From: an uncultured Oscillospiraceae bacterium
Lineage (GTDB): Bacteria > Bacillota > Clostridia > Oscillospirales > Oscillospiraceae
Assembly (NCBI GenBank): GCA_947630345.1
Contig: CANRHF010000001.1
Span: forward strand, 5,341 to 69,340
Reading direction: 5' to 3'
DNA length: 64,000 bases
Shown: piece after piece, positions 44,687 through 52,429 of the stretch
Numbering within the stretch: the first letter of the stretch is position 1
Layout: each line of letters starts with the position of its first letter
Position numbers and translations under genes: made by a program
The notes under the pieces: generated by a model
Seen by the model: the letters and a program-made list of their open reading frames with translations, nothing else
What the model was told of the DNA's origin: nothing
Databases searched by the model: none

Positions 44687-45229
44687 TTACAACATCCTTT
44701 CCTCACGGTCTCCATTCTTCCTTGTACTGGCGATCTGCTCGGGCGTGTCGGTATCGATCCCCAGGCTCTTCGCAACGTAGACCGCCCCGTCAATGAGTCT
44801 GGACATTTCTTTGCTGTCCAAGGTATGGGTTCGCTTGTAGAACAGGTAGCAGCTGTACTCCCGCCCCTCCAATGTCATAGACTTGTACCAGCGGGTGTAG
44901 GGATAGAAACTGTCAATATCGGCGCCAGCAGGAAGCATAGCTCCCATGACGTTACCGTCCTCGTCCCGTGCAATGGCACCGTATTCTACGACCAGGCCCC
45001 GCTTTACCTCGTCATCGCCGAGGCCCTGGGCCTCAGCGATTTTGTTGACGAGGACGTGGAAGTATGCGTTGGCATCCTTGCTCCGGGGTTCCCGCCATTT
45101 TTTAATCTCCACATTAATCTCGCAGTCTTTGAGACGGTCGAAGTCTTCACGGAAATCTCGAGTGACGGTGACGGTAATGTGCTGTTCTCCACGGGGGCCA
45201 AAGGTCAGATCCCGCAGTTTGCCCCTCAT
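44687..45229 (-). CDS. NinB/Orf-like recombination protein; possible 1-bp deletion near C-terminus
   Basis: RSKDANAYFHVL, THTLDSKEMSRLIDG..LGIDTDTP. Confidence 0.7.
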   Translation of the reverse strand: MRGKLRDLTFGPRGEQHITVTVTRDFREDFDRLKDCEINVEIKKWREPRSKDANAYFHVLVNKIAEAQGLGDDEVKRGLVVEYGAIARDEDGNVMGAMLPAGADIDSFYPYTRWYKSMTLEGREYSCYLFYKRTHTLDSKEMSRLIDGAVYVAKSLGIDTDTPEQIASTRKNGDREERML

Positions 45230-45837
45230 AAGGCTAACCACTTTTCTCGGTATAGGCCCATGAGGCCCTGGACGGTCAGCCAGTCCAGAAAATCGGCAAT
45301 AATCGGATAGATGCTTAGTGTTTCCTCTCGCCGGTACTGTTCCGTCCACACATCGATCCCGTTGCTGATGAGGTAAGTAAAGCTCCGCGCCTCTGGGATC
45401 AGCGATAAGTACACCGGATGCTGTGTACTGCCAAAATATTTCCCCCGCTCATATTTACTGGAGAATTTAATATCATAAATTTCTCCGGCTTTCAGAGCGT
45501 CGAGCCGCCCATACAAGACAAGGGTCATATCATTGACACAGATCTCTTTCCGGGCCTTATATTGGAGGATCCCTCCGTCTATGATACTGGCAACGGTAGC
45601 CGCCGCACAGTACCAGTTATTCCGGGTATCATGCGTCCCGCCAATAATCGCCGTCACAAGGTTCTCAAAGTCGATGCCTTTCTGCATGGCCTCGGTGGTG
45701 GGCGTCGGCTCCCGCCGCAAGATCTGCATGAACTCTCCCATGGGGTCCTTCTCGGAAGTCGCATCCTCGCGGGGGTTTTCCTTCATGGTATAGAGCCAGG
45801 CAGACAGTAGAGAGTGGGTCATCAGGTAGCGGTCCAA
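45226..45837 (-). CDS. PD-(D/E)XK exonuclease-like protein
   Basis: GIDFE, LYGRLD..IYDIK, QHPVY; next to Sak4. Confidence 0.75.
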   Translation of the reverse strand: MDRYLMTHSLLSAWLYTMKENPREDATSEKDPMGEFMQILRREPTPTTEAMQKGIDFENLVTAIIGGTHDTRNNWYCAAATVASIIDGGILQYKARKEICVNDMTLVLYGRLDALKAGEIYDIKFSSKYERGKYFGSTQHPVYLSLIPEARSFTYLISNGIDVWTEQYRREETLSIYPIIADFLDWLTVQGLMGLYREKWLAL

Positions 45838-46803
45838 TCACACCGCCCCCTTGTTGCCCCCCTCGTCCGGCGGCGCAGGTGTGTAGGCTTTCAAAACCCG
45901 ATCAAAAAACAGATTGCAAGCTTTGATCTTGGCGTTGAACATGACATTGATTTCTTTTTCCGAGGTCAGCGCATGCTGAATTGCTCTCATGCGCGGCATT
46001 GCGGCGGTGGCGCTATCTGCATCCGTTACAGAATCCACAATAGCGCGGCCCTCCGCCATAGCGGCATCGTATTTTGCCTGCACCTCCGCATTCCGCTCTA
46101 GCTCGGCGGTAGTGCGGGCATTGTATGTGGCAAACAGTTTGGTCAGGAAGTCGTTGGGGCTGGTAGGCGTCAGGGCCGGAATCTTCCAGATCCCGTTAAT
46201 GCCGCGAGTGCCCTTGGCAAAATAGCGCTCACAGTTGGAGAAGCCGATCGTGCGGTCGTTGCCGTAGATCTCCACGAAGCCACCCAAATCCATAGGCTCC
46301 CAGACATCCTCTTTCGTACCGCCCTCCACCTTCAAGCGCAGCCGCACGTTCTCGCCGTCTTTATCTTCTTTCGCGTGGAAAACAATGACGATGTTCTTCT
46401 GGAGCTCATAGAAGCAGTAGTCCATCAGGCGGTTAAACTCTCGTTTGATGACGCCGTACCCGGGGAGGGAGAGGGAGCCGTCGCGCTTGCCGTTCTTGGG
46501 GTCCTTGCGGATGGCCCAGAGGGACATAAGGGAAATCAGTTTGCCGCCTGTGTCGAAGACAAGCGTGTCGAAGTCCCGGAGGTTCTCGGGGGTCAGATCC
46601 TCCAGGATTTCGTCGTAGCTCTGGGGCTGGATGTAGGGCTTGCGATAGCGGGGCTCGATGCGGTCGATCCCAAAGTCCACGTCGATGTGCAGGGGGTTGG
46701 GGGCCGACAGGGCCAGGGTGGACTTACCGATGCCGGGATAGCCGGCAATCAGCATACGGATTTTTTTCGCACCTTCACGGATTTCATTAGGATTGCGGAT
46801 CAT
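45838..46803 (-). CDS. Sak4-like (AAA_24) recombinase ATPase
   Basis: GYPGIGKST, LVFDT, IVFHAKE. Confidence 0.82.
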   Translation of the reverse strand: MIRNPNEIREGAKKIRMLIAGYPGIGKSTLALSAPNPLHIDVDFGIDRIEPRYRKPYIQPQSYDEILEDLTPENLRDFDTLVFDTGGKLISLMSLWAIRKDPKNGKRDGSLSLPGYGVIKREFNRLMDYCFYELQKNIVIVFHAKEDKDGENVRLRLKVEGGTKEDVWEPMDLGGFVEIYGNDRTIGFSNCERYFAKGTRGINGIWKIPALTPTSPNDFLTKLFATYNARTTAELERNAEVQAKYDAAMAEGRAIVDSVTDADSATAAMPRMRAIQHALTSEKEINVMFNAKIKACNLFFDRVLKAYTPAPPDEGGNKGAV

Positions 46804-46817
46804 AGTAGTTACTCCTT

Positions 46818-47075
46818 TCAGTCGTTGGTAACTCTCGTTACCGTGATTCTCTCGTGGCACCGGCGGCCTAAGTTGCCGCCTGGTCCGGCCATTTGGGTCC
46901 TCATGAACTGATTCTCCGAGTAGTAGTCGGCGCAGTTCAAGATGCCCTCGTACCTGTCAGGGTGGAATGCCCGGAAGATGGCGCAGGCCGTCTTGGTGTC
47001 CGGAGCCTCGATTTCCGTCCAGCCACCCACGAAGGGCTGGCCCTCTAAGCCGTAGGTGAAATAGAACTTAGCCAC
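46818..47075 (-). CDS. Hypothetical phage protein
   Basis: KFYFTYG..GGWTEIEA; AAGGAGG RBS. Confidence 0.65.
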   Translation of the reverse strand: MAKFYFTYGLEGQPFVGGWTEIEAPDTKTACAIFRAFHPDRYEGILNCADYYSENQFMRTQMAGPGGNLGRRCHERITVTRVTND

Positions 47076-47451
47076 CTTGCGCCGCCTCCTTGGCCTGGTG
47101 GTAGGCTTTCAAGAGGGATTTGGCCTCTGCCGCCACTTTGCTGGCCTCATCATCGGACAGGCCGACGATATCCGGCTCACCGTCTACAAATCCCTCTTTC
47201 ATGATTACGACGTTGCCTACGATGGGCTGGCCGTGGATCTGGGCGCCGTACAGCAGACTGCCGTACACATTCATGTCCAGGTCCTGCAACAGGCCTTCCT
47301 CGTTGACAATCATCACATAGGGACGATTCAGACACATCGGATGGACGATCTCAATCCATCCACCAACGGCCTTTCCGACCGATTCATGCAAGGGCGCAGT
47401 GAATTCATGGACCTCCACATCGGACTTAGTCGTAACAACAACGCCTTTCAT
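47068..47451 (-). CDS. DUF3846-like protein
   Basis: VGGWIE, IVNEEG, PIVGNVV. Confidence 0.7.
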   Translation of the reverse strand: MKGVVVTTKSDVEVHEFTAPLHESVGKAVGGWIEIVHPMCLNRPYVMIVNEEGLLQDLDMNVYGSLLYGAQIHGQPIVGNVVIMKEGFVDGEPDIVGLSDDEASKVAAEAKSLLKAYHQAKEAAQGG

Positions 47452-47672
47452 AGGTCCTCCTTTTCTGGGAAACACTCGGGCGCATCCCAAGCGTCCAGGG
47501 TATTCATGCAGACGTCACAGCCGACGCTCTCGCCGGAGCGGTTCCGGTAGATGGTTTCGCACTCCGCACCGCAGACGGGGCAATGAGGCATTGGCGGCTC
47601 CTTACCATCCGGGTAGCCTGTCCGCTCCATATTGACGATCACGGGGTGGTCGGGGATATCATAGGGATTCAC
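47448..47672 (-). CDS. Small Zn-finger protein
   Basis: IPDHP..ERTGYP, CPVCG, VGCDVC. Confidence 0.6.
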   Translation of the reverse strand: MNPYDIPDHPVIVNMERTGYPDGKEPPMPHCPVCGAECETIYRNRSGESVGCDVCMNTLDAWDAPECFPEKEDL

Positions 47673-48241
47673 TTTGCCGCCTCCCCCCTCAGAGCTTTCA
47701 TGACTACATCGTACAGCCATGCCTGACTTGACAGATAACCGCCTTCTTGCACACGGCGCTCCAGAAGCGCATAGTCCTCATCTTTCATCCGGAAGGTCAG
47801 TTTGCGGGCAAGCCGCCGATTGGGCTTCCTGCGGCTTTCAGGGGCAGTTATAACCGGTGTGTTGGAATCCCGTTCCAGCTGGACTCCGTATGCCGCGCAG
47901 ATCGTGCGAAGTCCTTCCGGGTGGATAATGACGCCATACTTGTCATAGGCCTCGCATTGGGCCAGGAGTTGCCGGTTAAACTTGGGGAATACATTCCGCA
48001 CTACCAAGGCCATGTCTTTCCCCATAGCGCCGGTCTGCTGACGGATCTGCCGAAGGCGCAAACAGTCATTGACATTTGGCCTCGGATCTGATAAACTAGT
48101 GTCGGTAGAAATACCGCTTTGTTTTGAAGGCATCGCCGGGGCGTCGGCGGTGTCTTCTTTTTCGTTTCTTTCGTTCTGGCAGTCGCACCGTTCCCCGGGG
48201 TCCAGGTGGGCTCCGCAGTACGGGCAAGTTTTGTAGTACAT
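47669..48241 (-). CDS. Hypothetical protein with Zn knuckle and HTH/RHH-like segments
   Basis: YYKTCPYCGAHLDPGERCDC; AAGGAG RBS. Confidence 0.6.
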   Translation of the reverse strand: MYYKTCPYCGAHLDPGERCDCQNERNEKEDTADAPAMPSKQSGISTDTSLSDPRPNVNDCLRLRQIRQQTGAMGKDMALVVRNVFPKFNRQLLAQCEAYDKYGVIIHPEGLRTICAAYGVQLERDSNTPVITAPESRRKPNRRLARKLTFRMKDEDYALLERRVQEGGYLSSQAWLYDVVMKALRGEAAK

Positions 48242-48285
48242 AGATTGTCTCCTTTCTTTAATTGGTGGGCGAAACACCGGCTGGA

Positions 48286-48483
48286 TCATTCGCCCAGTTG
48301 GTTTTGCTCCGCAGCGCGGGCTGCTTCTCGCGCTGCCAACCACTGCTGATATTTTTCTTCGACGCCAGGTTGCTTGAAGTACTCAATCACCGCATGGTAG
48401 GCAGCGTGCAGCAGATCAAAGCGGACATATTCGGGGATCTGCGTCACATCAACATGCACCTGTCGCTGCTCTGCCATTGCCAC
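48286..48483 (-). CDS. Small early phage protein
   Basis: GGAGGTG RBS; YFKQPGVEEKYQQW. Confidence 0.6.
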   Translation of the reverse strand: MAMAEQRQVHVDVTQIPEYVRFDLLHAAYHAVIEYFKQPGVEEKYQQWLAAREAARAAEQNQLGE

Positions 48484-48485
48484 GA

Positions 48486-48734
48486 CTACACCTCCTCCCC
48501 TGTCAAATAGTCAAGAGTCGCAGCGGCCCCAAGCCGTTCCAGGGATTCCATCGTCACACCGTCCGCCTGCAACTGCCGGCCCTTCTTTTCATAAAGACGG
48601 AGATCGTACATATACTGCCGACGCCGGTTGCGAATACGTTCCTCTTTCCTGGCCAGAGCGACCAGCGGGGATTTTTGCAGCCGGGCGATCTCCGCCTCAA
48701 CGGCTTCATCTGTGGGAAATTCAATTTTGGGCAT
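48486..48734 (-). CDS. Small early phage protein
   Basis: AAGGAG RBS; VEAEIARLQKSP..RRRQYMYDLR. Confidence 0.6.
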   Translation of the reverse strand: MPKIEFPTDEAVEAEIARLQKSPLVALARKEERIRNRRRQYMYDLRLYEKKGRQLQADGVTMESLERLGAAATLDYLTGEEV

Positions 48735-48771
48735 TCTGTTATCTCCTTCCCGCTGTTATTTGTCTAAAATT

Positions 48772-48972
48772 TTATGCGCTTTCGTCAAAAAAAAGTGCTG
48801 CAACAGTGGTCTCAAGCGCATCTGCGAGACTCTTCAATGTCTTAGTAGAGACATTTCGATCGGTATCGGTCTCTATAGCAGATATTGTTTGCCTAGAAAT
48901 ACCGCTTTTTTTGGATAATTCTTCTTGAGATAAGCGCAACGCTTCTCTTCGCTCTCTGATTTTGTAGCCCAT
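48772..48972 (-). CDS. Cro-like XRE HTH regulator
   Basis: LSQEELSKKSGISRQTISAIE; AGGAGGTG RBS; divergent from cI. Confidence 0.88.
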   Translation of the reverse strand: MGYKIRERREALRLSQEELSKKSGISRQTISAIETDTDRNVSTKTLKSLADALETTVAALFFDESA

Positions 48973-48998
48973 TGGTTTCACCTCCTGTATATATATAT

Positions 48999-49131
48999 TG
49001 TCTAAAACTTTTGACATCCCTATATTACACCCTCGCACCATGTATGTCAAGTGCTTTTGACAAAAAATGTCAAATAATTTTGTCGCCCCCCATTGACTTT
49101 TCATCTCCCACAATGTAAAATAGATTTTACA
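48999..49131. promoter_or_regulatory. Lysis-lysogeny switch: four 18-bp operators and divergent promoters
   Basis: TGTCAA-N6-TTGACA-like sites at 48999, 49045, 49068, 49114; plus TTGACT 49093-17-TAAAAT 49116; minus TTGACA 49050-17-TAATAT 49027. Confidence 0.8.
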
Positions 49132-49153
49132 ACCGCAAGGGAGGGAACATCCA

Positions 49154-49534
49154 ATGACTCTGGCAGCGTTAATCCTTGATTACCGGAAAAAGCATGGCCT
49201 GTCACAGCGGCAGCTCGCTGCGCAGTGTAAACTGTCAACAGGTTATATTTCGCTTATTGAAAAGGATGTTAATCCTCAAACCGGGAAAAAGATGGTGCCC
49301 ACGCTGGCCGTGCTGAATAAACTCGCTAAAGGAATGGGCCTTACAATCGATGAGCTTCTGAACACCTGTGATGATATGCCAGTTAATTTGTCTGAAAAAA
49401 CCGCCCTCGTTGGCGAGGACGGTTTTGATGAGTTGGATCTGGAGATTATATCAATTATATCGAATCTGTCTCTACATAAGAAGAAAGAGGCACTAGGCTT
49501 TCTCCGTTACCTTGAAGCACGAGAAGATATGTAA
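49154..49534 (+). CDS. CI-like XRE repressor without peptidase domain
   Basis: LSQRQLAAQCKLSTGYISLIEK HTH; short helical C-terminus. Confidence 0.88.
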   Translation: MTLAALILDYRKKHGLSQRQLAAQCKLSTGYISLIEKDVNPQTGKKMVPTLAVLNKLAKGMGLTIDELLNTCDDMPVNLSEKTALVGEDGFDELDLEIISIISNLSLHKKKEALGFLRYLEAREDM

Positions 49535-49610
49535 GAAGTTCCTGTTTTTGGGTTTGGGTTAGTTGACCCAGTAATCGCAAAAGTAGAAGAAGCTCTTTGC
49601 TGGATATCAT
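49455..49610 (-). CDS. 51-aa ORF antisense to cI; candidate antirepressor
   Basis: AGAAAGGGAG RBS, TG-n-TATAAT at 49650-49642, resembles CI C-terminal helices. Confidence 0.5.
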   Translation of the reverse strand: MISSKELLLLLRLLGQLTQTQKQELLTYLLVLQGNGESLVPLSSYVETDSI

Positions 49611-49732
49611 TACTACAACTCCCTTTCTGTATAATAGCCCTATTATATCAGTTGTTTTGTAATTTTTCGTAAATCGGGAGAAAATAACTCTTACCGTATA
49701 AATTCGATATTTTTGTAAAGGAGTGTTAAACA

Positions 49733-50182
49733 ATGGATTCGTCCTATCGACTAATTTGCATGAATGGATTCGTCCTTCGTGCAGAGGGCGCAAATTTGAT
49801 CATTGAAACCCGTAGAGATGAAGAATGTATCCCAATTTCTAAGATCCAATCCTTTACCATGAAAGAACCCGGTTTCCTTAGTCCTGGGCAAATTGTTTTC
49901 AAGACAGCACAGGCCGCAACTGTTGGAGTCAACATAGGCTTTGGAATCTCTGCTGCACTTGGTGCCGAGCGGACATTCTCTTTTTCAAGTGACAACTTAT
50001 ACTCTGCTAAGAAGCTGCAGCAATATATCACAAGCTACGAAGCCCGGACCCAGGCACCCTCCACATCTGTAGGTGCCGTGTCTGTAGCAGATGAAATACG
50101 CGGGCTAAAATCGCTTATGGAAGATGGTATCATCAGCAAAGAGGAATTCGAGGCAAAGAAGCGGCAGCTGCTGGGCATCTAA
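49733..50182 (+). CDS. PH-like domain plus SHOCT-domain protein
   Basis: SVADEIRGLKSLMEDGIISKEEFEAKKRQLL; AAAGGAG RBS. Confidence 0.8.
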   Translation: MDSSYRLICMNGFVLRAEGANLIIETRRDEECIPISKIQSFTMKEPGFLSPGQIVFKTAQAATVGVNIGFGISAALGAERTFSFSSDNLYSAKKLQQYITSYEARTQAPSTSVGAVSVADEIRGLKSLMEDGIISKEEFEAKKRQLLGI

Positions 50183-50210
50183 TGCCTCATGAATTAAAGG
50201 GGGCATTAGA

Positions 50211-51806
50211 GTGCCATCGCGCAGAAAAACGCAAAAATCACATGATGAGTATTCTGGCGCTGCCGTTATCTATGCCCGGTACAGCTCCCACAATCAGCGT
50301 GATGTGAGCATCGAGCAGCAGGTGGAGAAGTGTCAGGCATACGCCGGCAGGAATAATCTACAGATTTTGGAAGTCTATGCAGACCGCGCCGTCAGCGGGA
50401 CAACGGACCGGCGGCCCAATTTCCAGCGGATGATGCGCGACGCCGAGAAGCATCGGTTTAGGTACGTCATTGCCTGGAAATCAAACCGCATGGGACGGAA
50501 TATGCTGGAGGCCATGGTAAATGATGCCCGGCTCTGCGATCTGGGTGTTCGCAGTCTCTATGTAGAGGAGGACTTTGACGACAGCGCCGCTGGGCGTTTT
50601 GCCCTTCGGAATATGATGAACGTCAACCAATTCTACAGCGAGAATATGGCCGAGGATGTAATGCGGGGCATGATGGACAATGCCCGAAAGTGTATGGTCA
50701 ACGGCCCAGTCCCATTCGGCTACAAGAGAAGCAGCGACGGTCGCTTTGACATAGATCCGGATGCCGCCGCTGTTGTGCGTGAAATATTCGAGCGTTTTTA
50801 TGGTGGGGAAACCATAGCGGACATCATGCGGGATCTGAATGCCCGGGGGATCAAGACCAGAGCGGGAAACGATTGGAGCAAAAGTAGTTTCCAGCACCTG
50901 CTAAAAAATGAACGGTATATCGGAGTATATCTATTTGATAATGTCCGCATAGAAAATGGCATCCCGCCAATCATCAGAAAGGAGCTGTTTTTTGCCGTGC
51001 AGGAAAAGCTGAAAACAAAAAAGAACCCCCAAGGCAGGCACCGGGAGAATGGGGACTATCTGTTAACCGGAAAACTGTTCTGCGGCCTCTGTGGCAGCTA
51101 CATGGTGGGTATGTGCGGCACCAGCAAGACTGCGGCCAAACACTACTACTACATATGCCAGGCCAAGCGGCAAAAAAGCGCATGCAGCAAAAAAGCGGTC
51201 CGCCGAGACTGGATAGAGCGGAAGGTTACAGAGGCTGTCAAAGAGAACATTATGCAGGATAACGTGATTCAATGGCTGCTAGATGGATATGAACAGTTCC
51301 GGGTACTCCACCGCAAGGACTCTCTCCTCATGTCCTATATGTCCGAGTTCGAGGACGTTAATAAGGCCATCAAAAATGTAATGACGGCCATCGAGCAGGG
51401 CATCATCACCCCAACAACCAAGGACCGCCTCATGGAGCTGGAGGGAGAGCGCCGTCGGCTGGAAGCTCTTATAGCCATAGAAAAGGCCACACAGGTAGAC
51501 GTTCCCAGGGAGCGTATGGAATTCTGGCTGGACTCCTTTAGAGATGGAGATGTAGACGATAAGCAGTACCAGACAAAACTAATCAACTCATTCGTTAAGG
51601 CGGTGTACCTCTATGATCACGAGCTGAGGATCGTTTGTAATTACACCGGCAAGGGTGAAAGCGTAACGGTCACTTTCGATGAAGTTGATTCTGTTGATAA
51701 GAGTGCTTCTCCGGAGAGTTCGTATAAGCTCCCCGACGGGTCACCAGTTTATGAAGGCCGAAAAGCCTTGGAAATCCAAGGCTTTTCGGTTTTTTTCGGT
51801 TTTTGA
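50211..51806 (+). CDS. Large serine recombinase (integrase)
   Basis: YARYSS, DRAVSG..RPNFQRM, recombinase domain, CGLCG/YYYIC Zn ribbon, coiled coil. Confidence 0.95.
   Translation: MPSRRKTQKSHDEYSGAAVIYARYSSHNQRDVSIEQQVEKCQAYAGRNNLQILEVYADRAVSGTTDRRPNFQRMMRDAEKHRFRYVIAWKSNRMGRNMLEAMVNDARLCDLGVRSLYVEEDFDDSAAGRFALRNMMNVNQFYSENMAEDVMRGMMDNARKCMVNGPVPFGYKRSSDGRFDIDPDAAAVVREIFERFYGGETIADIMRDLNARGIKTRAGNDWSKSSFQHLLKNERYIGVYLFDNVRIENGIPPIIRKELFFAVQEKLKTKKNPQGRHRENGDYLLTGKLFCGLCGSYMVGMCGTSKTAAKHYYYICQAKRQKSACSKKAVRRDWIERKVTEAVKENIMQDNVIQWLLDGYEQFRVLHRKDSLLMSYMSEFEDVNKAIKNVMTAIEQGIITPTTKDRLMELEGERRRLEALIAIEKATQVDVPRERMEFWLDSFRDGDVDDKQYQTKLINSFVKAVYLYDHELRIVCNYTGKGESVTVTFDEVDSVDKSASPESSYKLPDGSPVYEGRKALEIQGFSVFFGF
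51729..51746 (+). other. Attachment-site junction: 3' fragment of a tRNA, probably tRNA-Glu
   Basis: CTCCCCGACGGGTCACCA = T-stem 3' strand, acceptor 3' strand and ACCA, followed by a terminator. Confidence 0.7.
51758..51796 (+). terminator. Intrinsic terminator of the target tRNA gene
   Basis: CCGAAAAGCCTTGGA/TCCAAGGCTTTTCGG hairpin followed by T7. Confidence 0.85.
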
Positions 51807-51869
51807 GACATTAAAAAATTGAGAAGAAAACGCTAACAAAAAGCTGAGATTCTCTATCGATAAGCGATC

Positions 51870-51905
51870 GCGCCGGCGCCCCCGTGGAGGGTGCCGGCGC
51901 TTTTA
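51870..51905. terminator. GC-rich hairpin downstream of spoVAC
   Basis: GCGCCGGCGCCC/GGGTGCCGGCGC followed by TTTT. Confidence 0.5.
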
Positions 51906-51936
51906 TGACCGTCTGGCTTCCCAGGCGTTTTTTATG

Positions 51937-52377
51937 TCATTTTAGCAGCAGATAGAGCCAGTAGACCACCCCGTACAGCACGCTGGCGCAGAGCCCGTAG
52001 ACGATCACAGGGCCGGCGATGGTGAACATCTTCGCCGCCACCCCCAGCACAAAGCCCTCGGTCTTAAATTCCACCGCCGGGGCCGCCACGGAATTGGCAA
52101 AGCCCGTGATGGGCACCAGGGTGCCCGCCCCCGCAACCTTCGCCAAATCGTCATAGAGGCTCATGCCGGTAAACAGGGCCGACAGCGCCACCAGCGTCAT
52201 GGACACGGCGGTTCCCGCGTCGGTTTTGTCCAGGCCAAGGCCCCCGTAAAAACTCATCAGCAGCTGCCCCAGAACGCAGATCAGCCCGCCGATCCAGAAG
52301 GCGTTGAGGCAGTTTTTCCAGATCGGGGACTTGGGAGACGCCTCCTGGACCAGTTTCCCGTATTGCTTTTCCGTCAT
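51937..52377 (-). CDS. spoVAC: Stage V sporulation protein AC
   Basis: AFWIGGLIC, AGAGTLVPITGFANS, AVEFKTEG, MFTIAGPVIVYG. Confidence 0.93.
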   Translation of the reverse strand: MTEKQYGKLVQEASPKSPIWKNCLNAFWIGGLICVLGQLLMSFYGGLGLDKTDAGTAVSMTLVALSALFTGMSLYDDLAKVAGAGTLVPITGFANSVAAPAVEFKTEGFVLGVAAKMFTIAGPVIVYGLCASVLYGVVYWLYLLLK

Positions 52378-52381
52378 GATT

Positions 52382-52424
52382 CATCCCTCCGGGAATAGGA
52401 TTTCCCGGAGGGATGGATTTATGC
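52382..52424 (-). promoter_or_regulatory. 14-bp inverted repeat over spoVAC RBS with possible forespore sigma (F/G) promoter
   Basis: CATCCCTCCGGGAA/TTCCCGGAGGGATG; GCATA at 52424-52420. Confidence 0.45.
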
Positions 52425-52429
52425 GAATT

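Larger units (their letters stand above)
1..51746. mobile_element. Temperate prophage with lambda-like head and contractile P2-like tail; left end outside window
   Basis: Ordered integrase, CI/Cro, replication, packaging, head, tail and lysis modules, ending at a tRNA 3' fragment followed by host genes. Confidence 0.97.

Noticed and set aside
1-51746. Stop-codon reassignment in the phage
   Set aside because: Structural and lysis genes are full length in the standard bacterial code and no suppressor tRNA is seen
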